DNA from: Bdellovibrionales bacterium
GTDB lineage: Bacteria; Bdellovibrionota; Bdellovibrionia; Bdellovibrionales; UBA1609
Assembly: GCA_020435005.1 (NCBI GenBank)
Contig: JAGRAE010000001.1
Coordinates: forward strand, 609-64,608
Direction of reading: 5' to 3'
DNA length: 64,000 nucleotides
Positions 36,115 through 46,041 of the stretch are shown here, one piece after another; within the stretch, counting starts at the first letter, position 1; each line of letters begins with the position of its first letter. The notes below the pieces were generated by a model. It had not been told where the DNA came from, did not search any database, and saw only the letters and a program-made list of their open reading frames with translations. The translations under genes were made by a program, and so were the position numbers.

Positions 36115-38337
36115 TTACTCTAACATCTCAACTAAACGCTCTTGAAATTTAATTTCATTGGGTGGCATTAAAACTTCTGTGCGCTTGTTTTTATACAGAT
36201 TAGCTTTAAACACTTTTAAGTCACCATTACTGTGCTGTGTTCTATATTCTTCAATCTCAACTCTCAAATCTAAAAGTTCAAACAAAACCTCATCAGTGTT
36301 GTTAGGGAAAATTTCAGAAATATTATCTGGAACGTCAAAGGCCTTTAAATAAAATATAGATTCAATATAACTATCGGCCAAATATTTATTTAAATCTACT
36401 TTGTAATACTTTTTAAAATACTTGTAGACTTCGCTTTTAAACTTCTCAATATCATTCAAAGCAGCAATATCAATTAAATCTATGTCTATTTCTACACGTT
36501 TTGCACGCTCCTGGAAAAAGTCACTGGTGAATGCATTTTTGGCTTCAGCTCTTTCCAAGTTAATTTTTTTACCTAAACGATACTGCTTATAAGCTTCAAC
36601 GTGTAAGTCCACAAACATAGGGTAATATTTTAAATAAAATTCTATTTGTGACTTGTCTGTAATTTTATAGGAAGGATCTTTTCGGTTCATTAGAACCTGA
36701 GGAGTGTGTTTTTGAAAAAAGTTACCCAATTCATCCTTTAATTTTTTATCATCTACGATCTGGGCTAAAGTATGGATCTCCCCTTCTGGAAAATACCACT
36801 CAATTTGTAAGTCCGTCCAATCCTTTAAGTCATCAAATTTTTCCTTAATCGTATCAAATCCAGCATAAACACTCGTTCCTCCAGTAATTGACCCCGATAA
36901 GAATAAAAGACCCACCAAGGACTTTTTTAAGGAGTCTAAATTTTTTTGAGCGCTTCCAAACAAAACATTTATGCCTAGATTATCAAAAATTTTATCAATA
37001 TCAGACTTGCTAAAAATAGTACTCATTGGTTCCGCAAATTTATCTTTTAAGGCTTTAATGTTGTCTAAATTGTCTTTAGAAAATGCATCAAGTTTAAAAC
37101 GCGTTAAAGCCAATAAAGCCAATGAAGAGGCTTTATAATGTGGTTTTAATGCTAATTGACTTATTTTATCAAGTATACGGCGAATGGCAGGACTCACATC
37201 TTCAGAAAAATCTCTCTTGAATTGATAGTTAACTTCATTAAGGAAAAATATATTTTTAGCATAATCTAACTCCAGTTTACGGAGTTGATCTTTTAATTCT
37301 TTTTGTTGCCTCTTTCTGTCGTTAATTTCTCTTCTCAAATTTTCTTTTAATACTATTGTTACTCTTATCGCTTTTTTCTGCCATACCAATGTACTGATGT
37401 CTAATTGGGGAACGACGAGAACAAAAGGCATAGGTGTGCTTCGTTTTTTTACCGACTCTAGTGCGGAAACAATAACATCTATATTAACAATTTCAGCTAA
37501 ATGATGATTGATAGCCGTCTCGAAACCCTTAACATCTTGATACAATGTTTGAACTTTACTTTCAGCCTCTAAAAAGCCTTTTGGATATTGACTCGCTTCT
37601 TTCTTTATTTCTTCAATAACCTTGTCAATTTCTCCCATTTTAACCGTCTGCTCAGCTGATTTTTCAACTCTTGATATTTCTTCCTTATAAGTGTTCCATG
37701 CAGTTTCTATCTTATTTAACCAATTTAGGCTTATATCTTGACTGGTTTGTGGTGAATTTAAAAAGTCTACTTGATCGCGTAATGGAGAAATTGACAGTGG
37801 CACTTCAATCTCTTTTGAAAACATAATTACAGAAGAACGAAGTTGACTAATTTTAGATCGAACCTCAGTTCGATAAATCAAGTCGTGTTTAAATAGACTT
37901 GTATTGGCAATCCATTCAGAAGCAGCTAACTCGTGTTTAGTTACACGCCAGAAATTTTTCCACTTTAGATTGGCGGTACGTACAGCATTATATGTGCTAT
38001 AAAAAGTATCAGCAATATAACCCCAAGTTAATACTGGAATATGTGAAATTTGGTTAGGCAAACTTTTATTATACCTGATCCAATAAGATTTTTTTCTATT
38101 TTCCAAACTGTATTGAGCCACTTTCAATAAATAATTGCCTGGTGTGCTCGAGATAAAATCAGGGATAGAAACTTCAAAATAACCCTCCTCAGTGCCGTAT
38201 TCAGAATCCTTGCTATTTTTAACTTCTAAAACTTGAAAACAATCGTAAGCAGCACTTCTCAGTTCACGATTACCATGAGCAGTCCCTGACAGCATAAAGA
38301 ACATCAAAAAGGTTACAAATATTTTCAAATGATTCAT
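36115..38337 (-). CDS. Large hypothetical secreted protein with coiled-coil regions
   Basis: Signal peptide MNHLKIFVTFLMFFMLSGTAHG from the ATG at 38337 (the track ORF starts at 38367). About 740 aa, K/E-rich, no recognised domain. Confidence 0.55.
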   Translation of the reverse strand: MNHLKIFVTFLMFFMLSGTAHGNRELRSAAYDCFQVLEVKNSKDSEYGTEEGYFEVSIPDFISSTPGNYLLKVAQYSLENRKKSYWIRYNKSLPNQISHIPVLTWGYIADTFYSTYNAVRTANLKWKNFWRVTKHELAASEWIANTSLFKHDLIYRTEVRSKISQLRSSVIMFSKEIEVPLSISPLRDQVDFLNSPQTSQDISLNWLNKIETAWNTYKEEISRVEKSAEQTVKMGEIDKVIEEIKKEASQYPKGFLEAESKVQTLYQDVKGFETAINHHLAEIVNIDVIVSALESVKKRSTPMPFVLVVPQLDISTLVWQKKAIRVTIVLKENLRREINDRKRQQKELKDQLRKLELDYAKNIFFLNEVNYQFKRDFSEDVSPAIRRILDKISQLALKPHYKASSLALLALTRFKLDAFSKDNLDNIKALKDKFAEPMSTIFSKSDIDKIFDNLGINVLFGSAQKNLDSLKKSLVGLLFLSGSITGGTSVYAGFDTIKEKFDDLKDWTDLQIEWYFPEGEIHTLAQIVDDKKLKDELGNFFQKHTPQVLMNRKDPSYKITDKSQIEFYLKYYPMFVDLHVEAYKQYRLGKKINLERAEAKNAFTSDFFQERAKRVEIDIDLIDIAALNDIEKFKSEVYKYFKKYYKVDLNKYLADSYIESIFYLKAFDVPDNISEIFPNNTDEVLFELLDLRVEIEEYRTQHSNGDLKVFKANLYKNKRTEVLMPPNEIKFQERLVEMLE

Positions 38338-38396
38338 CGGCAAAAAGCTATGCAATTCTAAAACCATAAGAGGTGGGTTTATTTTAATTTTAAAGC

Positions 38397-38591
38397 TTAG
38401 CTGGCTTGGGATTTTGTACTATTTATAACTTTTTTGACATTTTTTGTAAGTTCCCTCAATAATTTTAAGTCATTTTCTGAAGGACTATTGGCACCATATG
38501 TAATAGGCATATAAATTTCTAAAAACTTTTGCAAAAAAGAGCTAGTTTCCGGTCTTATGTTAGAATAATTGAAAGTAATCCTTGGGTCCAA
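38397..38591 (-). pseudogene. Probable displaced C-terminal segment of the upstream transglutaminase gene, reached by a 1-nt shift in a homopolymer
   Basis: This frame is open from the TAG just upstream of the T7 run (38598-38604) to 38397. Removing one A/T from the run joins ...DAHLVKKK to YTLDPRITFNYSNIRPETSSFLQKFLEIYMPITYG... Confidence 0.45.
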
Positions 38592-40428
38592 AGTATATTT
38601 TTTTCTTAACTAAATGGGCATCAAGATATAAGCATAGATCATTATATATACTTTTTTGTTGAGTTAACCCTTTCCTGTAAAAGTATCGTTTTCTATTGAG
38701 CCAAATAAAAAATATAATTAAAGCAAATAAGCTCAGAAAACCTAATTTTTTAAGTTTTAAATTTTCTAATCCCAATTTTCTAAAAAACTGTCTCTGTCCC
38801 TCTTTATCAAAATCCAAAAGAAATTGGTTCCAACGCATAGAAGCTAAATCAAAAGCCAATTGTGATTGTACAATGACTTTAAAATACCAACTTGATTTAA
38901 AACGAGCTAAATACTCATCTTGGGAAAGCCCAGCATTTAACTCATCTTGGCTTAGACTATGATACATTTGACCGCCCAGCTCTAGCCTTAGTGGAGCAAC
39001 AACTTCAGTTGGATCAACTCTTAACCAACGATCAAGCGTATTTGACCACATTTCTACCCAAGCATGAGCATCCTTGTCTTTAACTGTATAATGCTCACCA
39101 AAATCATTCTTCTCACCGCCCTGGAAACCGACTACAATCCGTGCTGGCACACCACTTGCTCGTAACAAGTACGCAAAACTGGAGGCTAAATGCTCACAGA
39201 AACCAATTTTCGTATCAAACAAAAACTCTGATACACTATTGTTTTTAACGGGAGTTGGGTTTAACGAATATTTTAAATTTTTACTAAAAAAATCTAAATA
39301 ATTATTCTTTATATCTAGCTCATTATTTGATTGTTGCAATGTAATCTTGATTAATTGTTTCAACCGTTCATCGTCTTCATTTTTAATTTGCAAATACTTT
39401 TCTTTCTCTAAAAGCATTTGCTTAGGCATGGGGTCGGAATAAACTTTGTATGAAAGTTTCTGACCATTATTTTGCTTTACAGTATACACTCTACCATTGC
39501 CGATATAACTTTGCATTTGCTTCATTTGATCTTTAAATTTTAAAGATATAGGAGTCTCCAATGCAAACAGCCAAGTGCCATAATTAGGCTCTAATATAAT
39601 ATTTTGTTCATAAAACAACTCACCTCTAAACTGTCTAGAGTAATTAGTTTGTGTCTGTTCCTTAGCTGGCTCCCAAGATAGTCCTTGGTTGAAACTCAAT
39701 ACGGCACCTCTCCAGTATCTGTCTTTTGGCTGGGGTACATTCTTGCCAAACACCACTCTAAAGGCAATTTCGTCAGAAGCGATTAGTTTTGAGACTTCAC
39801 CAGGAGCTAATTGAGGACTAAAACCTGATTTCGCTTGAGTTTCATTATTTAATTGAATAAATCCCGTAGAAAATCGTGGGAAAACAAAAAATAACAAGGT
39901 TAATAAGGGAGCTGTTTGTAAAAACAGCTTAAAACCTAACTTTAATAAGGGCAAAAATTTCAGTTGAATTTCCTTACCTTTATGTAATTGCAAAAGAAGT
40001 GCAGTAACAAGGGCTAAATTTAATATACCTAATATTGTAAGCGATAATGATTGTGAAACTAAAAAACGAGACATCAACAATAAAAAGTTCAGAAATAAAA
40101 CAACCATTGCATCATGATAATCAACACTGTCAATTAGCTTAAGACTGACACCTGCAATCAACAAAGCCGTTGCCGGCTCGGCACCTGTAATTTGACCATG
40201 TTGAAAGAACACCAAGTAACAAGAACCAATGATAAGAAGTAGTTTCAAAATTATATTTGGTAGTTTCACTTTTTGATACTCATGAAGAATCCTCCAAACA
40301 ATAGAAATTAAACCAATTATTAGTGTAGTAGTTAAGTGATCTTCAAGATGAGGCAAGAGATTTAATGTGATGAGTACAATCAAGCTTAAATTGAACTTTC
40401 TAGATGGAGTAAAATTATGAGGCTTCAT
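38560..40428 (-). CDS. Membrane transglutaminase-like protein (TgpA-type: polytopic N-terminus + transglutaminase core)
   Basis: About six N-terminal TM helices, then the Cys-His-Asp core: GFCEHLASSFAYLLRASGVPARIVVGF ... DAHAWVEMW ... RVDPT. Confidence 0.85.
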   Translation of the reverse strand: MKPHNFTPSRKFNLSLIVLITLNLLPHLEDHLTTTLIIGLISIVWRILHEYQKVKLPNIILKLLLIIGSCYLVFFQHGQITGAEPATALLIAGVSLKLIDSVDYHDAMVVLFLNFLLLMSRFLVSQSLSLTILGILNLALVTALLLQLHKGKEIQLKFLPLLKLGFKLFLQTAPLLTLLFFVFPRFSTGFIQLNNETQAKSGFSPQLAPGEVSKLIASDEIAFRVVFGKNVPQPKDRYWRGAVLSFNQGLSWEPAKEQTQTNYSRQFRGELFYEQNIILEPNYGTWLFALETPISLKFKDQMKQMQSYIGNGRVYTVKQNNGQKLSYKVYSDPMPKQMLLEKEKYLQIKNEDDERLKQLIKITLQQSNNELDIKNNYLDFFSKNLKYSLNPTPVKNNSVSEFLFDTKIGFCEHLASSFAYLLRASGVPARIVVGFQGGEKNDFGEHYTVKDKDAHAWVEMWSNTLDRWLRVDPTEVVAPLRLELGGQMYHSLSQDELNAGLSQDEYLARFKSSWYFKVIVQSQLAFDLASMRWNQFLLDFDKEGQRQFFRKLGLENLKLKKLGFLSLFALIIFFIWLNRKRYFYRKGLTQQKSIYNDLCLYLDAHLVKKKIYFGPKDYFQLF

Positions 40429-41317
40429 AGTTTGGATACTCCGCCAAAGATTTTAGACATTCTTTCTTGTGGATCTGACCTAAGCCTGGTCCAATAAACT
40501 GATCATCTAACTTTAAGCTGTATATAATTTTCTTTGTTTCACAATCATCTATCCATTTTACTAACTGTTGCAACTTCGCCTCTATGTGACCACTCATGTT
40601 TTGGATATCTAAACTTAAAACTCTGTTATCACCATCTTTAAATTCTTTTACCAATAGTGGTCGACCTCTTGCGTAAGCCTTCCAATCAATATGTTTATGT
40701 GATTCGCCATAAGAATACTTTTTGTGTTGAGTAAAATCATCACCTCTGACACCGATTATTTTTTCTACAGAATCACCCAGCAATTCATTTTCAGGTAAGT
40801 TAAAATTTCCAAAAGGTTGTGGATACACATAGTAATTTGTTTTTATATCAAAGAATCGCCATGCATAAAAAAGTCCAAAGGGAAAAGTTGTTGATAATCT
40901 AATTTGCTCTACACTTTTTTTGCCTCGTCCTTGAGTGGTGTAAGCAAATCTTTCTATACTTAATGTAGCGCCCGTTAAGTTAGGAACCATAAATGAAATA
41001 CCCGCATTATTATTTTTTGTTGTATTTATTTGAATTTGATTATGCCCTTCATTATTAGTGCTTTTTATCCATATTTTTGCATTCCCTTGCGAAAAAGCTG
41101 GAGCCAATTCCATTTGTAGTTTTTCAATATTCAAACCTTTTAAATTAGAATGTGTTTGAACCATGCCAATTAAAATAACTGCTACTAAAAAAAAACTTAG
41201 TAAATAGACTAAATTATTAGAATATATAATCCCTGCTAATAAAGTTATAAATACACCAAAACCATAAAGTATTCCATAACGAGTAGGAATGATGAATATT
41301 CTTTCTCTTTTGCTCAT
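40415..41317 (-). CDS. DUF58 family protein
   Basis: Two N-terminal TM helices and the HIDWKAYARGRPLLVKEF motif typical of DUF58. Sits between the MoxR and transglutaminase genes with overlapping ends. Confidence 0.75.
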   Translation of the reverse strand: MSKRERIFIIPTRYGILYGFGVFITLLAGIIYSNNLVYLLSFFLVAVILIGMVQTHSNLKGLNIEKLQMELAPAFSQGNAKIWIKSTNNEGHNQIQINTTKNNNAGISFMVPNLTGATLSIERFAYTTQGRGKKSVEQIRLSTTFPFGLFYAWRFFDIKTNYYVYPQPFGNFNLPENELLGDSVEKIIGVRGDDFTQHKKYSYGESHKHIDWKAYARGRPLLVKEFKDGDNRVLSLDIQNMSGHIEAKLQQLVKWIDDCETKKIIYSLKLDDQFIGPGLGQIHKKECLKSLAEYPNYEAS

Positions 41318-42258
41318 GGTACTATAACACTATGGATTATTTCTTGTGCTAATTCATACCCATCTACATTCGTAGAATGATTGAATGAAAGCAGTCTATG
41401 GTTCATAACAGCTACTGCTACTGCTTGGATATCTTCTGGTATTACAAAGTCTCTGCCTTCTATAAAGGCCCAAGCCTTTGCGGCTCTACTAAAATCTCTT
41501 ACAGCTCGGGGAGATAAACCGAGAGATAAAGTACGGCTTTTTTCTACAATGTCCTGTAAATAATCTAACATCATATCAGAAATGTGAACGACATTGGCTT
41601 GCGCAATATATCGTTTTAAATCCTTTGGCGTTAAAACTTGTGGAAGTTCTTCAATCCATTGTCTTCTATCTTTGCCAATTATAATTTCTCTTTCTGCTTT
41701 ACGACTGGGAAAACCTAGTTGCGTCTTCATTAGAAATCTATCGAGTTGGGATTCAGGCAATGGAAATGTTCCAATATTTTCTTGAGGATCTTGAGTAGCT
41801 ACTAAAAAGAACGGCGAAGGCAGTTCATATCTTATGCCGTCAATACTAACTTGATACTCTTCCATAGCTTGAAGACAAGCACTCTGTGTTTTTGGTGTAG
41901 CTCTATTTATCTCATCTGCTAATACGAAGTTTGCAAATATAGGACCTTTATGAAATTCAAACGTCTGTGTTTCTTTATTAAAGATACTGGTTCCTAAAAT
42001 ATCTGCTGGCAACATATCATTTGTAAACTGAATGCGACTACTTTCTAAACCCATAACTTTTGACAAAGTTTTTACTAAGCTTGTTTTTCCCATGCCTGGT
42101 CGATCTTCTAATAACAAGTGACCATTAGCTAGTAAACAAGCAATAGAAAGCTTTACTTCTTTTTCCTTGTCGACTATCACCCGATTAACTAACTCAACAA
42201 GTTGTTCAATCTTTTTTTCGCTTCTAAATTCATCTAATTTTCTTAAGGCTTCAGACAT
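41314..42258 (-). CDS. MoxR-family AAA+ ATPase
   Basis: Walker A EDRPGMGKTS, Walker B FVLADEINRATPKTQSA, VATQDPQE, and a C-terminal lid region. 314 aa, typical of MoxR. Confidence 0.9.
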   Translation of the reverse strand: MSEALRKLDEFRSEKKIEQLVELVNRVIVDKEKEVKLSIACLLANGHLLLEDRPGMGKTSLVKTLSKVMGLESSRIQFTNDMLPADILGTSIFNKETQTFEFHKGPIFANFVLADEINRATPKTQSACLQAMEEYQVSIDGIRYELPSPFFLVATQDPQENIGTFPLPESQLDRFLMKTQLGFPSRKAEREIIIGKDRRQWIEELPQVLTPKDLKRYIAQANVVHISDMMLDYLQDIVEKSRTLSLGLSPRAVRDFSRAAKAWAFIEGRDFVIPEDIQAVAVAVMNHRLLSFNHSTNVDGYELAQEIIHSVIVP

Positions 42259-42380
42259 ATTTTTTTATCGGTACTTATGACTTGCAAATATAGAAAAGAA
42301 TTAAAATCACAATGATTCTAGACTTTAGAAATTAGTAAGAGTAGAATGTAAATGACAAGGTTTATTTCTGGAGAAAGGTC

Positions 42381-42914
42381 TTGCAAATTGTTACTTTGCA
42401 AAATTCACAAGTTAATATATCTGAAATTGAAAATATTTTTTTAGACACCTCCTCTATTCAAAGTTTTAAATCAAAACATGAAAAGTACAATTTTATTGAT
42501 AAATGGTTAACACCCTATCTAGAAAATTGGCCCGAATTAGTTTATCTGGCCCTTCATCAAAATGGATCTGTAATGGGCTATTTAACTGGATGCAAATGTA
42601 GTCTGAGTGCAAAAGATGAGTTAAGTCCACGCATAGCTAGCTACTTAACATTTGACGAGTACTTCGCAGAATATCCAGCCCATCTCCACGTGAATGTTCT
42701 GTCTAGTTTTCAAGGCCAAGGTCTTGGCAAAATTCTAATACAAAGCTTTATTTCCGACTTACAAAAACAAACTGTTAAAGGTTTACATGCCATTACAAGT
42801 GCTGATTCTGCAAATATCTCTTTTTATAAAAAATTAGGTTTTCAAGTCGTTTCACAGAAATTATATAAAAAGTGGACACTTTTATTGATGGGACAATATT
42901 TATTTAGCAATTAG
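42381..42914 (+). CDS. GNAT-family N-acetyltransferase
   Basis: Acetyl-CoA motif A FQGQGLGKILIQ followed by FYKKLGF. TTG start with GGAGAAAGG upstream. Confidence 0.7.
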   Translation: MQIVTLQNSQVNISEIENIFLDTSSIQSFKSKHEKYNFIDKWLTPYLENWPELVYLALHQNGSVMGYLTGCKCSLSAKDELSPRIASYLTFDEYFAEYPAHLHVNVLSSFQGQGLGKILIQSFISDLQKQTVKGLHAITSADSANISFYKKLGFQVVSQKLYKKWTLLLMGQYLFSN

Positions 42915-44096
42915 AAAATACAACTGACCCATCACATCAGTATTATATGCAGCTAGTTCTGCATATACACCTTCTCCATGATATATATCGACCCGTGCTT
43001 TTCCTTTTATAGCCCCGCCTGTATCTTGATCAATAACAAAACGAGAGAAATCTTGCATAGTCTTATCGCTTTCATTAATTGGCCGCTTGGCATTGATAAA
43101 ACTGAGTATACCTTTAAAACCGTAGTGCTTTCTATCTGTAGCTATCGACCGACCATCTGTCAGTGGCACTTTATCACTTCCTTCTGGTGGATGATTAGAG
43201 AGTTTAAAAAATATATATCCAGGGCTATAACTGTAAATTTCACGTTCTAAGTGTTTGTTCCAATTTAGAAACTGTCTTTGTGCTTCAATACTTAAATCAT
43301 CTATATAGCCTTGATCCTTCATATAAAGACTTATAAAACGGAAATCTTTTTTATTTGTGCCGGCAAAAGAAATATAATAATTTTTTTCTGATCCATTTTT
43401 AAATACTTTTACTTTTCCTCCACCTTGTACCTGAAGCAGGTAAAGCTCAAACAGGTCCTTTGCGTAAAATAAGCTTAATCCTTTTCCTTCTAAGACATGA
43501 TCAAAATCTATTTCTTCTCGAGTGAAGTTTCTCATATTTGATGGAGGCAGTTCGTAGATTGCATGTAAATATCTTTTATCTTTTTCGGTAGAACCTTTTA
43601 TTTCTGGCGTATAGTAGGCTGTAAATCTAGTATAGTCTTTTTTACCATAACCCCTGTCATTTTCATCGAGTTTCGGTTTATATAAATTAAAATTTTGTTT
43701 AATATTAGTATTAAATTGATCAAGACATAAGGTTTTGTCGTTATAGCTGGATATACAGTTTAAGTTCTCTTTAATAAATTCATTAAATAACTCTAGGGTT
43801 TCAACAAGTTTACTTGCCTGAATAAACTGATTGTCAAAACTCACATTGATTTTTTTTAGGTTATAATCTTTAAACCTTAAAAGTTGTCGTTTAATTCCTA
43901 ACTGCATATCGGCAAAGTCTAAATCGTCAGATAAATAAGGCCATTCATTTAAAGGCACTATTTCAGTAGGTGTTGTATATAATTTATTTAGCTCTGTTAG
44001 ATCAGGAAGTTTTTCTTTAATAATTTTAGACTCTAAATCTTTTCGCTTAGATTTAACATCTTTTCCGCAAGAAATATTAACTAATAAGACTAACAA
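42900..44096 (-). CDS. mltA: Membrane-bound lytic murein transglycosylase A
   Basis: MltA and 3D domain motifs: FTAYYTPE, SIATD, VIDQDTGGAIKGKARVDIYHG. The true start is probably upstream of the TTG at 44096 (see findings). Confidence 0.85.
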   Translation of the reverse strand: MLVLLVNISCGKDVKSKRKDLESKIIKEKLPDLTELNKLYTTPTEIVPLNEWPYLSDDLDFADMQLGIKRQLLRFKDYNLKKINVSFDNQFIQASKLVETLELFNEFIKENLNCISSYNDKTLCLDQFNTNIKQNFNLYKPKLDENDRGYGKKDYTRFTAYYTPEIKGSTEKDKRYLHAIYELPPSNMRNFTREEIDFDHVLEGKGLSLFYAKDLFELYLLQVQGGGKVKVFKNGSEKNYYISFAGTNKKDFRFISLYMKDQGYIDDLSIEAQRQFLNWNKHLEREIYSYSPGYIFFKLSNHPPEGSDKVPLTDGRSIATDRKHYGFKGILSFINAKRPINESDKTMQDFSRFVIDQDTGGAIKGKARVDIYHGEGVYAELAAYNTDVMGQLYFLIAK

Positions 44097-44209
44097 TAGA
44101 AGTATTTTAATTAAAAGCTCCTTGAGAACCCTTAATTAAAATTTAGCAACTGGTTGGAATTCTCACAAATTTCTCGCCCACAACTAGACGAAAGTTAAGA
44201 TTAACCTAC

Positions 44210-46039
44210 TCATTTTAAACATGAGTAAATCAGTTTGAAAAAGGATTCTTGAAACTCACTAGGAGACTGGATAATATCATAATGACTAAACATATCGGAA
44301 AAATAAGTACGTTTCTTTTTATCCAAAACAATTGCCACAAATTCGACCCCTTGACTCTCCGCCTCAATACGTGCCTTTCTGACATCATAAATTCCGTGAT
44401 GTCCTTCGTAATAATCAAGATCAGTTGGTTTACCATCTGTAATCAATAAAAGTATTTTCTTTTTTGCTGATTTTGCAACAAGCTCATTTTTGACATGTCT
44501 AATGGCTGGCCCTAACCTTGTATAGCCCTGAGGGTCAACACTAGCTATCTTTTCTTTATAAAAAGTCCAATTATCACTAAAACTCTTATACACTATTAAA
44601 TTGCAATTTCTACGTGTTACGCTAAAAGTTCCAGCGACCATTATCTGATGACAAAATTTTTCTAGCAATTCCGATAAACTTAAAAGTCCAAAACGGATGG
44701 CTTCAATTATATGTTCATTTTCAATCCATGAATCAGTTGACAATGACTGATCAAACAATACTGATAAAGCAAAATAGTTATGTCTTTTTCGTTTTTCGCT
44801 GAAAATTTTTTGATTGGGAGTATGGCCACTTCTAAAATCAGTAAATGATGTACACCATTTATCAATATCTATCTCAGTTCCCTCAAGTAATCCTTTTCTC
44901 CATTTCGGCTGATTGAAAATCTGAGTTATTTTCTTTTTCCATTTATTGTTTCGCTGCCTTTCAATTAAGTTAGTATTAATTATCTTAGTTCCTTTATGTT
45001 CTGCAGAAGACACATATAAAGCACAGTACTCCTTTAAATACCTTTGGTGTTTATCATCCCATTCTGGATAAGTAAATTGACCACTTACTTTTCTATGTTG
45101 TGCATAACTTGTGGCAAATGATAAAATAATATCGGATTTATATACTGACTGGCTTGTTTCGCCATCGACTGTAATATGACCCATTTCAATTTCATTCATT
45201 GCTGAATTATGTTTTTGGAGCTCGTCATCCCCATCATTATGCCTTCCACTTTTCTCAAACTCATCCACAGTTTCCATTTTTTCAAAGGAGTGAATAACAG
45301 GATTGGCACTTTCCTTATCCAAAGATACCTTCTTGACTGGCTTATTATAGCCACTTTGTTGCTCACTATTTTTTCGATCAACTCTTGGTACTGACGAGGA
45401 TGAATTTACATCCAAATTTTCTGAAGTATTAGGAAGAAAAATTGGAACAGAAAATAATAGATAGGTTGGCAAAGTATCATTTCTTTTTTGTTTATTCCTT
45501 AATTTTTCAATTTGACAAATATTTTCATCAGTTGGCTCTTTTATTGAATCTACTCTTTGATCCCACAAAACAAAAAAATCATCTTGCTTTCTAAATTTAG
45601 AGAGTCTAAATTCTTCTAAAATAGTAGATTCAAAATATCGAAAGGTCGGGAACTCCTGGTTCAACCATAGATTAATCATATGCATATTTTTGAGAGTGGC
45701 TAAAACTCCAGCTCTTTTTGATTTCTCCTCTCGCCAATCTTCCTTTTTGATTGCAAATAACCCCAACGCCTTGAGCGCCATATAAAAGTAAACTCTTTTG
45801 TTTAAATACCTATCATTAAAAATATTAACCCGATCTGGCATAAAAACATCTCTGTTCCAAACTGCAAAAGTTTTTAAACTCGGATGTAAAGTCAACTTTG
45901 AACTTTTTGGTAATGAATAAGAAAAAACTGTATTAAGATAATTTTCAATAAGGTTTAATTGACAACAAGAAAGATCAGATAATTCTTTCTCTCTTTTTGT
46001 TTTCCATATTTTTTTAAAAACACCCTCTAAAAAATCCAT
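44210..46039 (-). CDS. norD: Nitric oxide reductase activation protein NorD (C-terminal von Willebrand A domain)
   Basis: C-terminal VWA with KKILLLITDGKPTDLDYYEG...DVRKARIEAESQGVEFVAIVLD. Position directly after norQ. Confidence 0.8.
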   Translation of the reverse strand: MDFLEGVFKKIWKTKREKELSDLSCCQLNLIENYLNTVFSYSLPKSSKLTLHPSLKTFAVWNRDVFMPDRVNIFNDRYLNKRVYFYMALKALGLFAIKKEDWREEKSKRAGVLATLKNMHMINLWLNQEFPTFRYFESTILEEFRLSKFRKQDDFFVLWDQRVDSIKEPTDENICQIEKLRNKQKRNDTLPTYLLFSVPIFLPNTSENLDVNSSSSVPRVDRKNSEQQSGYNKPVKKVSLDKESANPVIHSFEKMETVDEFEKSGRHNDGDDELQKHNSAMNEIEMGHITVDGETSQSVYKSDIILSFATSYAQHRKVSGQFTYPEWDDKHQRYLKEYCALYVSSAEHKGTKIINTNLIERQRNNKWKKKITQIFNQPKWRKGLLEGTEIDIDKWCTSFTDFRSGHTPNQKIFSEKRKRHNYFALSVLFDQSLSTDSWIENEHIIEAIRFGLLSLSELLEKFCHQIMVAGTFSVTRRNCNLIVYKSFSDNWTFYKEKIASVDPQGYTRLGPAIRHVKNELVAKSAKKKILLLITDGKPTDLDYYEGHHGIYDVRKARIEAESQGVEFVAIVLDKKKRTYFSDMFSHYDIIQSPSEFQESFFKLIYSCLK

Positions 46040-46041
46040 AC

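Noticed and set aside
44104-44142. An 11-bp inverted repeat ATTTTAATTAA / TTAATTAAAAT after norD as an intrinsic terminator.
   Set aside because: The stem consists entirely of A/T, so stability is very low. The 17-nt loop contains the mltA Shine-Dalgarno sequence, and no U-run follows.
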